From the human T2T-CHM13v2.0 reference genome, Homo sapiens, in assembly GCF_009914755.1 (NCBI RefSeq), contig NC_060931.1: a DNA stretch of 64,000 nucleotides; one strand, given 5' to 3'. Position 1 is the first letter of the stretch; every line of letters starts with the position of its first letter. A program made the translations under genes and the position numbers. The notes beneath the pieces are model-generated. The model searched no databases. It was not told the DNA's origin and was given only the letters and a program-made list of their open reading frames with translations. Below, piece after piece: positions 1-12,600 of this stretch.

Positions 1-158
1 GAATTGAATCTATATTCATTAATGAGACTAACCAGTCAATTACACAGACAGGCATTTTACATTTTGAAGATCATAGGGACCCATGGTCAGAAATATTATT
101 ATTTATGTCTATATGGACATCACCTGTGCATATTTACATAGAAATCAATGAGAGCTGA

Positions 159-465
<307 letters not shown>

Positions 466-1454
466 GAAGCTTATTTTTAAAATACTGAGATCATGTACAT
501 TACAGCAACTGAAAAATAGACAACACCAAGCTTTATGTTAAAAGGTGTGAGGGTATCCATATTGTTGTGGCTATTGGGGAGGAAAACATTAGTAAAACCA
601 GTAATTTAAAGCTCTTGCTTTAAACTTTGGCTTTAATTTAGCAAATGTTCTATGGAGTGACAGCATGTATGTAACCATGCTATGCCCATTCACAGATGCA
701 TTAGAGGGAAGAATTTCTCAAACACAACTGTTCCAAGACTCAAATTAAACTGCACTGGGTTTGAAAAGAGAAAGTCCAGGAATTACCAAATATTTTAGAT
801 ATCAGGTACAAGAGAATGCCAGGTATGCGATGATAATCAGCAATGGTTGTTCACACAATACATCGAATCAGTATTTGAATTAGCTTTTGAATTACAAGGA
901 CAAATGGATCAAGTCTAGACTCTTTAGTAGATAAATCTTATTAGGCTGAGATGTGTTTTCCCCTGTTTTTCCACAAGGAGATTACAAATTTGCAAACCTC
1001 AGCTGCTCTCATTTTATGCTCTCACCAAGCCAAAAGCTGAAGTTCATCAATCAGTGTGTCTAAGTGTTCACTGGTTATATACCATTTTGTAGTGTCAGCT
1101 ATCTTTCCAACTTCCTAAGTCATCACCTTCATTTGATCTTGTTTCTTTCCACTATCACTTCTTTATTGACCTTATAAAGAATATAAGTAAGTTCTTATTT
1201 TGTTATTGTTCATTTTAGCCTAATTTCATCAAAAGATCACAATCTTTTAATTTCATTTTAATTTCAAAGATTAAATGAAACCTACATAGAAATGAGTGTA
1301 ACATTTGCATTTGCATTATTTTGGCATCAATTTGCTATCCTCCCTCATGCACATAGAGATCATTTTCATGTACGTGATTTCAAACATCCAAGTGCAGTAT
1401 TAAAAGGAGTTATAAATTATGGTTCTCATTTTCATGATACAATTACAATATAAA

Positions 1455-2262
<808 letters not shown>

Positions 2263-2349
2263 AGACATAATCTATTTACCTGCAGATTAAAGCGTTCTTT
2301 ATTTTCCTGTCTCCCTGTCTTAAATTTTTAAAATAATATTAATTGTAGT

Positions 2350-2561
2350 AAAGAGAAAGAAAGAAAAGAAAACAAAGAAATAAAAAGAAGAAGGAAAGAA
2401 GGAAGGAAGGAAATAAGGAAAGAAAGAAGAAAGAAAAGAAGGAGGAAATGAGGGAAGGAAGGGAGGGAGGGAGGAAGGGAGAAAGGCAGGAAGGGAGCAA
2501 AAAGAAAGCATGAACACAAGAAAGAAAGAAGGAAGGAAAGAAACAAAGAAAGAGAAAGAAA
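2350..2561 (+). repeat. Purine-rich low-complexity tract, (GAAA)n/(GGAA)n/(GGGA)n
   Basis: About 210 bp of almost exclusively A and G, directly abutting the first alpha monomer. Confidence 0.95.
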
Positions 2562-3650
2562 TATTAGCAAGTTCCTTGAGGCCTATGCTGAAAAAGAAAA
2601 TATCTTCAGATAAAAACTAGACAGAAGATTTTTGATAAACTACTTTGTGATGTGTGCATTCATCTCACAGTGTTAAACCTTTCTTTTCATGCAGCAGTTT
2701 GGAATCATTGTGTTTGTCCATACTCTGAATGGATATTTGGGAGCTCATTGAGGCCAATGGTGAAAAAGGAAATATGCCCAGATGAAAACTACAAGGAAGC
2801 TCTCTGAGAAACCACTTTGTGATGTATGCATTCATCTCACAGAGTTAAACTTTTTTTTCATTCAGCTGTTTGGAAACGCTGTTTTTGTAGAATCTGCAAG
2901 CGATATTTGGGAGCACATTGAGGCCGATGGTGAAAAATAAAATATCTTCAGATAAAAACTAGAAAGAAGTTTTCTGAGAAACTGCTTTGTGAAGGGTGCA
3001 TTCATCTCACAAAGATAAACCTTTCTTTTGATTCCTTGGTTTGGAAACACTGTCCATTCTGTGAATGGACATTTGGAGCTTGTTGAGGCCAATGGTGAAA
3101 AAGGGAATATCCTAGGATAAAAACTAGATGGGTGCACTCTGACAAACCTCTTAATGATTTGTGTATTCATTTCACAGAGATAAAGTTTCCTTTTATATAG
3201 CAGTTTGGAAACTGTTTTTGTCCATTCTGCAAATGAACATTTGAGAGCTCATTGAGGCCAACGGGGAAAAATCAAAAATCCCAGATAAAAATGAGAAGGA
3301 ATCTATCTGAGAAGCTGCTTTGTGATGTATGCATTCATCCCACATATTGAAACCTTTCTTTTCTTTCCGCAGTTTGGAAACACTGTTTTTGTCCATTCTG
3401 TGAATGGACATTTGGGAGCTCATTGAGGCCAAAGGTGAAAAAGTGAATATCCCAGGATGAAAACTGGAAAGAAGCTATATGAGAAATGGCTTTGTGATAT
3501 GTGCATTCATCCCACAGACTGAAACCTTTATTTTCATTCAGCAGTTTGGAATCACTGTTTTTGTAGTCTCTGTGAAGGGATAGGTGGGAGCACATTGAGA
3601 CCTCTGGTGAAAAAGAAAGTATCATCAGATAAAAACTAAAAGGAAACTTC
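2562..3650 (+). repeat. Alpha satellite block 1 (~6 monomers, two-monomer layer)
   Basis: ~171 bp period of CTTTGTGATGTGTGCATTCATCTCACAGAGTTAAAC...GCAGTTTGGAAAC in the conventional orientation. Confidence 0.96.
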
Positions 3651-6600
3651 TAGTTTGGCCCCAATGCACTCCCAAGTACACCTTTGCAGATTTTACCAAA
3701 ACAGTTTTTCCAAACTGCTGAATGAAAAGTTTAACTCTTTGAGGTGAATGTACACATCACAAGGCAGTTTATCAGATAGATTCCTTCTATTTTTTATCAT
3801 GGGAGATTCGCTTTTTCACCTTGGGGCTCAAAGAGATCTGAAATGTCCATTCTCTGAATAGATAAAAACGGTGTTTCCAAACTGCTGAATCAAAAGAAAG
3901 GTTTAACTTTGTGAGATGAATGCTGACATCACAAAGCTGGTTCTCAGAAAACTTTCTTGTAGTTTTTATCCTGGGATATTCACTTTTTCGCCATTGGCTG
4001 CAAAGAGTTCCTAAATGTCTGTTCTCCAAATAGATAAAAATAGTGTTTCCAAATTGCTGAATCAAAAGAAAGGTTTAACTCTGTGTGTTGAAAGCACACA
4101 TAACAAAGAAGCTTCTCAGAAAGCTTTTTTCTACTTTTTATCTGAAGATATTTTATTTTTCACCATATGCCTTAATATGCTCCAAAATATCCCCTTGCAG
4201 ATTCCACAAAAACAGTGTTTCCATATTGCCAAAATAAAATAAGGTTTAATTATGTGTGATTTATGCACATAACCAAAGCAGTTTCTCATATAATTTCCTT
4301 CCAGTTTTATCAGGGAACATTTGCTACTTAACCTTTGGCCTCCATGAGCTCCCAAATGTCCATTCACAGAATGGACAAAAACAGTGTTTCCAACTGCTGA
4401 ATGAAAAGAAAGGTTTAACTCTGTGAGATGAATGCCCACATCCATCACAAAGCAGTTTCTCAGATATTCTTCTTCTATATTTACCCTGGGATATTCACTT
4501 TCCCCATTGTTTTCAATGAGTTCCCAAATTTCCATTCATAGAATGGACAAAAACAGTGTTTCCAAATTGCTAAATCAAAACAAATGTTCAACTCTGTGAG
4601 ATGAATGCACATATCAAAAAGCAGTTTCTCAGAAAGCTTCTGTCTTGTTCTTATCTTAAGATATTTCCTTTTCCACCATAGGCCTCAATGCACTTCAAAA
4701 TATACTCTCACACATTCTACAAAACACTGTTTCCAAACTTCTGAATGAAAAGAATGGATTAACTCTGTCAGATGAATGCACACATCTCAAAGCAGTTTCA
4801 CAATGCTTCTTTTTAGTTTTCATCTGAAGTTATTTTCTTTTTCAAAATAGGCCTCAGCAGGATCCCAAATATCCCTTTGCAGGTTCTACAAAAACAGTAT
4901 TTCCTAACTTCTGAATGAAATAAAGGTTTAAATCTGCGAGATGAATGCACACATCAAAAAGTGGTTTCACCATTAGGTTCCTTGTAGTTTTTATCCTGGG
5001 ATATTCCCATTTTCACCATTTGACTCAATGAGCTCCATCCATTCACAGAATGGAAATAAACAGTGTTTCCAAACTATTGAATCAAAAGAAAATATTAACT
5101 TCATGAGATAAATGTACACATTACAAAGCAGTTTCTCAGAAAGCTTCTTTCTAGATTTTATCTGAAGATATTTTCTTTTTCACCATAGACTTCAATGCAC
5201 ATCCAAATATTCCTTTGCAGTTTCTACAAAAACAGTGTTACCAAACAGCAGAATCAAAACAAAGGTTTAACTCTGTGAGGTGAATGCACGCATCACAAAG
5301 CAGTTTCTCAGATAGCTTCCTTCTAGTGAATAGCCACGGATATTCACTTTTTCACTATTGGCCTCAATGAGTCCTAAAACGTCCATTCACAGAATGTAAA
5401 AAAAAAACAGTGTTTCCAAAATGCTGAATCAAAAGAAATGTTTAACACTGTGAGATAAATGCACACATAAAAATGCAGTTTCTCAGAAAGCTTCTTTCTA
5501 GTTTTTATCTGAAGGTGTTTCCTTTTTCAGCACAGGCCTCAATGCACTGCAAAATATCCCTTTGCAGATTCTGAAAAACAGTGTTTCCAAACTCCTCAAT
5601 AAGGTTTAATTCTGTGTGATGTATGCACATAACCGAAGCAGTTTCTCATATAGATTCCTTCCAGTTTTATCAGGGAACATTTGCTACTTAACCTTTGGCC
5701 TCCATGAGCTCCCAAATGTCCATTCACAGAATGGACAAAAACAGTGTTTCCAACTGCTGAATGAAAAGAAAGGTTTAACTCTGTGAGATGAATGCCCACA
5801 TCCATCACAAAGCAGTTTCTCAGATAGCTTCCTTCTAATTATCATCCGGGGTTATTCCTTTTTCACCACTGTCCTCAACGAGCTCCCAAATGTACATTAG
5901 CAGAATGGACAAAAACAGTGTTTCCAGACTGCTTAATCCAAAGAGAGGTTTAACTGTCTGTAATCAATGCACACATCACAGAGCAGTTTGTAGGATTGCT
6001 TCCTTCTAGTTTTTATTCTGGGATATTTCCTTTTTCATCTTTGGCCTCAGTGAGACCACAAATGTTTATTTTCAGAATGGACAAAAAGTGTTTCCAAACT
6101 GGTGAATCAAAAGAAAGGTTGAGCTCTGTGAGATGAATGAACACATCATAAAGCAGTTTCTCATAAAACTACTTTCTAATAATTATCTGAAGATATTTTC
6201 TTTTTTACCATAGACCTCATTGTGCTCCTAAATATCTCTTCACAGTTTCTACAAAAACAGTGTTTTCAAACTACTTAATGAAAGACAGTTTTATCTCTGG
6301 GATATGAATGCACGCAGCCCGAAGCTGTTTCTCACATGGCTTCCTTCTAGTTTTTATGCTGTTATATCCACTTTTTCATCATTGCCCTCAATGAGCTCCA
6401 AAATCTGCTTTTGCAGAATTGGCAAAAACAGTGTTTCAATACTACTAAATCAAAAGAAATGTTTAACTCTGTGAGACGAATTCATACATCATTCATACGT
6501 CACAAAGTAGTTGCTTAGAAAGTTTCTTTCCAGTTTTTATGTAAACATACTCTTTTCAATATAGGCCTCAGTTTCCAAACTGCTGAATCAAAAGAAAGGT

Positions 6601-9600
6601 TTAACTCTGTGAGATAAATGCACACATCAAAAAGCAGTTTCTCAGAAAGCTTCTTTCTGAAGATATTTCCTTTGTCACCACAGGCCTCAATGCACTGCAA
6701 ATTATCACTTCACAGATTCTACAAAAACAATGTTTTCAAACTTCTAAATGAAAAGAAAGGTTTAACTATGTGAGATGAATACACACATCACAAAGTGGGT
6801 TCTCAGATAGCTTCTTTGTTGTTTCTGTTTTGGGTTATTCACTTTTTTGAATTTGGCATCAATGAGCAACCAAATGTCCATTCACAGAATGAATGAAAAC
6901 AGTGTTTCCAAACTGCTAAATCAAAAGAATGTTTTAACACTGCCAGGTGAATGCATACATCACAAAGCAGTTTCCAGATAGGTTCATTCTACTTTTTATA
7001 CTGGGACATTCAGTTTTTTGCAATAGACTCAATGGGCATGCAAATTTCCATTCTCAGAATGGACATAAACTCTTTTTCCAAAAGGCTGACTCAAAAGTAA
7101 GTTTTAAGTCTGTGACATGAATGCACCTATCACAAAGTTATTTCTCAGTTACCTTCCTGCTAATTTTTATCTGGGAATATTTACTTTTTCAACATTGGCC
7201 TCAAAGAGCTCCCAAATATCCATTCACAGTATGTACAAAAAATGTGTTTTGAAATTGCTGAATCCAAAGAAGGTTTTACCTCTGTGAGATGAATGCACAC
7301 ATTGCAAAGCAGTTTCTCAAAATGTTTCTTTCTAGTTTTTATCTGAAGATATTTTCTTTTTCACCGCATGCCCCAATGCACTCCCAAATATCACTTCTCA
7401 GATTCTACAAAAACAGTGTTTCCAAAGTGCTGAATGAAACGACAGTTTTACACATCACAAAGTAGTTTCTCAGATAGCTTCCTTCTAGTTTTTGTTCTGT
7501 GATATTCCCTTTTTCACCATAGGCCTTAATGAGCTCACAAAAATCCCATCACAGATTCTAGAAAAACATTATTTCCAAACAGCTGAATGAAAAAAAAAAA
7601 AGCTTAACTCTGCTAAATGGATGCACATGTGACAAAGCGGTTTCTCAGATAGCTTTCTTCTTGTTTTTGTCCTGGGATATTCACTTTTTTGCCATCGGCC
7701 TCATTGAGCTCTGAAATGTCCAATAGCAGGATGGAGAAAAAGAGTGTTTCCAAACTGCTGAATGAAAAGAAAATTTTAACTCTCTGAGATGAATGCAAAC
7801 ATCAAAAGGAGTTTCTCAGAAAGTGTCTTTCCAGTTTTAATCTGAAGATATTTTGTTTTCACCACAGGCCTCAATGCGCTCCCACATACCCTTTCAAAGA
7901 TACTAAAAAAACAGTATTTCCAAACTGCTGAATCAAAAGAAACCTTTAACAATGAGAGATGAATGCACACATCACAGGGCAGTCTCTCAGTTAACTTCAT
8001 TGTAGTTTTTATCATGGGATATTCGCTGTTTCGCCTTTGTCCTCACTGAGCTGCCAAATATCCATTTGCAGAATGGACAAAAACAGTGTTTCCAAACTGA
8101 TGAATTAAAAGAAAAGTTCAACACTGTGAAACGAATGCACACATTACAAAGCAGTTTCTCAGACAGCTTCTTTCTCGTTTTTATCTGAATTTACTTTCTT
8201 TTCCACCGTAGGCCTCAACATGCTCCTAAATTTGCCTTCACAGATTCTGCAAAAACAGTGTTTCCAAACTAATGAAGGAAAAGCAAATTTTAATTCTGTG
8301 AGATGAATGCATATATCACAAAGTGGTTTCTCAGATAGCTTCCTTTTGTTTTTATCCTGGGATATTCACTTTCTCATGATTGACCTCAATGACTTTTCAA
8401 AAGTCTATTCACAGAACGGACAGAAACAGTGTTTCCAAACTCCTGAATCAAAAGAAAGTTTTCACTCCATGAGATCAATGCACACATCAGAAAGCAGTTT
8501 CACAAAAAGCTTCTTTCTGGCTTTTACCTGAAGATATTTTCTTTTTCACAATAGGACAAAATGTACTCCCAAATATCCCTTTGCAGATTCTAGATAAATA
8601 GAGTTTTCAGACTGCTGAATGAGAGGATGGTTTATCTCTGTGAGATGAAAGCACACATCACAAAGCCGTTTGTCAGATAGTTTCTTTCTTGTTTTTATCC
8701 TGGAATACTCGCCTTTTTGCCATTGGCCTCAATCAGCTCCCCAGTGTCCCTTCACGGAATGGACTGAAAGAGTGTTTCCAAACTAGTGAATCAAGGAAAA
8801 CTTTAAGTCTGTGAGATTAATGCACACAACACAAAGCAGAATGCTTCTTTCTAGTTTTTATCTGAAGATATTTTCTTTTTCACCATAGACCTCAATGCCC
8901 TCCCAAATATCCCTTCGCAGATTCTAAAAACACAGTGTTTCCAAGCAGCTGAATGAAAAGGGATTAATGCACACATCACAAAGCAGTTTCTCAGAGAGCT
9001 TCCTTCTAGTTTTAATCCTGGAATATTTGCTTTTTCTCAATTGGCCTTAATGAGGTCCCAAATGTCCATTTGCAGAATAGACAAAAACAGTGTTTGCAAA
9101 CTGCTGAATCAAAAGAAAGGCTTAACTCTATGAGATAAATGTCAACCTAAAAAACCAGTTTCTCAGAAAGCTTTTCTCTAGTTTTTGTCTGAGGATATTT
9201 TTTTTCAACAGAGCCTTCGATGCAGTACAACATATCCCTTTGTAGATTCTACAAAAATAGTGTTTCCAAACTGCTGAATGTATAGGAAAGTTAATTCTGT
9301 GAGATGAATGCACGCATCACAAAGTGGTTTCTTCTATAGCTTCCTTCTAGTTTTTATCCTGGAAAATTCATCTTTTTGCCATTGGCCTCCATAAGCTCCC
9401 AAATGTCCATTCACAGAATGGACAAAACAATGTTTTCTAATTGCTGAATGAAAAAACAATTTTATCTTTGTGCAATGAATGCACACACCAGAAAGCGGTT
9501 TCCAGATAGCTTCATTCTAGATTTTATCCTGGGTTATTTACTTTTTCAACACTGACCTCAATGAGCTCCAAAATGTCCGTTTGCAGAATGGACAGAAACA

Positions 9601-12600
9601 GTGTTTCCAAAGTGCTGAATCAAAAGAAAAGTTTAACTCTGTGAGATGAATGCACACATCACAAAGCAGTTTCTTATAGAGCTTCTTTCTAGTTTTTACC
9701 TGAATATACCTTCTTTTTCACAATTAGCTTCAATGTGCTCCCAAATATAACCTCAAAGTTTCTCCAAATGCAATGTTTCCACACTGCTGAATGATAAAAT
9801 GGTTAACTCTGTGAGATGAAAGCACACATCACAAAGCTGTTTCACCAAAACCTTCTTTCTAGTTTTTACCTGAAGATATTTTCTTTTCCACTGTAGGCCT
9901 GAATGTGCTCCCTAAGATCCCTTTGCAGATTCTCCAAAAACCGTGCTTCCAAACTGCTGAATGAAATAAAGGATTAATTTTGCCAGATGAATGCGTACAT
10001 CACAAAGGGTTTTCTCAGATATTTTCCTACTAGTTTTTATCCTGTGATATTCATTTGTTCTCCCTTGGCCTCAATGACATACCAGGTGTCCATTCGCAGA
10101 ATTGACAATCACAGTGTTTCCAAACAGCTGAATCAAAAAGAAAGATTTATCAATGCTAGATGACTGCACATATCACCAAGCAGTTTCTCACACTACTTTA
10201 TTGTAGTTTTAATCTTGGGATATTTGCTGTTTCAACATTGGCCTCAATAAGCTTCCAAATGTCCATTCACAGAATGGACAAAAACAGTGTTTCAAAACTG
10301 CTGAATCAAATAAATATTTAACTCTGTAGAATGAATGCACACATCAGAAAGCAGTTTATCTGAAAACTTCTAGTTTTTATCTGAATTTACTTTCTTTTTC
10401 ACCATAGACTTCAAGACACTCCAAAATATCCCTTCACAGATTCTACAGAAGCAGTGTTTCCATATTGTTGAATGAAAAAAAGATTTAATTCTGGTAGATG
10501 AATGTACACTTTGTAAAGCAGTTTCTCAGATAGGTTCTTCCAGTTTTTTTCCTGGGATATTCCTTCTTTTGCCATTGGCCTCACTGAGATCCCTAATGTT
10601 AATATGCAGAATTGACAAAAAGAGTACTTTCAAACCACCATAAAAAGAAAGGTTTAACTCTATGAGATGAATGCAAACTTCAAATGGCAGTTTCTCAGAA
10701 AGCTTCCTTCCGGTTTTTATCTGAAGATATTTTCTTTTTCAATGTAGGCCTCAATGCACTCCCAAATATCCCTTTGAAGATTCTACAAAAACAGTGCTTC
10801 CAAACTGCCGAATGAAAAGGCAAGTTTAATTCTGCAGGATGAGTGCACACATCACAAAGCAGTGTTTCAGATAGCTTCCTACTAGCTTTTATAATGGGAT
10901 ATTCACTTTTCTGCAATTGGCCTCAATGAGTTTCCAAGTGTCCATTTGCAGAATGGACAAAAACAGAGCCTCCAAACTGCTCAATCAAAAGAAAAGTTTA
11001 ACTCTGCAAGATGAATGCAGACATCACAAAGCCGTTTTTCAGATAGCTTCCTTCCAGTTTTTATCCTTGGATATTAGCTTTTTCACCATTGGCCTCAATG
11101 AGCTTTCATATATCCTTGAGCAGAATGGACGGAAACAGTGTTTCCAAACTACTGAACCAAAGAAAGATGTAGATCTGTGAGATGAATGCACACATAACAA
11201 AGCAGTTTCCAGATAGCTTCTTTCTAGATTTTATCTTGTGATATTTGCTTTTTCATCATTGACATCAGTGAGCTCCAAAATGTCCATTCACAAAATGGAC
11301 AATAACAGTTTTTCCAAACTGCTGAATCAAAAGAAAAGTTTAACTCTGTGAGATGAATGCACACATCACAAAGCAGTTTCTTAGAGAGCTTCTTTCTAAT
11401 TTTCATCTGAATATACTTTGTTTTTCACTATAGGTCTCAATGTGTTCCCAAATATCCCTTTGAAGGTTCTACAAAAACAGTGTTTCCAAATTGCTGAATG
11501 ATAGAATTTTTTTAACTCTGTGAGATGAATTTGCACATCACTAAGCTGTTTCACTGAAATCTTCTTTCTAGTTTTTATCTGAATATATTTTCTTTTTCAC
11601 TGAAGGCCTGAATGTGCTCCCTAAGATCCCTTCACAGATTCTACAAAAACCGTGCTTCCAAACTACTGAATAAATATAAAGGTTTAATTCTGCCAAATGA
11701 ATGCGTACATCACTAAGTTATTTCTCAGTTATCTTCCTACTGGTTTTTATCCTGGGATATTAACTTTTTCACCATTGGCCTCAATGAGCTCCCAAGTGTT
11801 CATTCACAGAATGGACAAAAACAAAGTTTACAAACTGCTCAATCAAAAAAAGTTTAACTCTGCAAGATGAATGTTCACATCACAAAGCGGGCTCTCAGAT
11901 AGATTCCTTCCAGTTTTTAACCTCGGATTTTCACTTTTTTGCCATGGGCCTCAAAGAGCTCCCAAATGTCCATTTGCAGAATGGACAAAAAGTGTTTCTG
12001 AACTGCTGTATCAAAAGAAAGGTTTAACTATGCGAGATGAATGCACACATCACATTATGGTTTCTAAGGCAGCTTCCTTCTTGTTTTTATTCTGAGATAT
12101 TCACTTTTTCGCCATTGGCCTCAATGAGCTCCCAAATGTCCATTTGCAGAATGGACAAAAACAGTGTTTCCAAAGAGCTGTATGAGAAAAAGTTTTAACT
12201 TTGTGAGATAAATCCACATGTCACAAAGCAGTTTCTCAGAAAGTTTCTTTCTAAGTTTATTTGAAGATATATTCTTTTTCACCATATACCTCAATGCATT
12301 TCCAAATATCCTTACACAGATTCTACAAAAACAGTGTTTCCAAACTGCTGAATGTAAAGAAATGTTTAACACTGACTTATGAGTGCACACATCATGAAGC
12401 AGTTTCTCAGATAGCTTCCTTCCAGTTTTTATCTTGGGATATTTGCTTTTTTCACCATTGGCCTCAATGAGCTCCCAAAAGTGCATTCACAGAATGGACA
12501 AACACAGTGTCTCCAACTGCTGAATCAAAAGAAAAGTTTAACTGTGGGAGACAGTTTGCACACAATGCAAACTGGTTTCTCAGTTTGCTTCCTTCTAGTT

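Noticed and set aside
480-1450. Possible exon or gene fragment in the non-repeat flank
   Set aside because: AT-rich, with no ORF of 60 aa or more and no homology I can recognise. It cannot be assigned without a database search.
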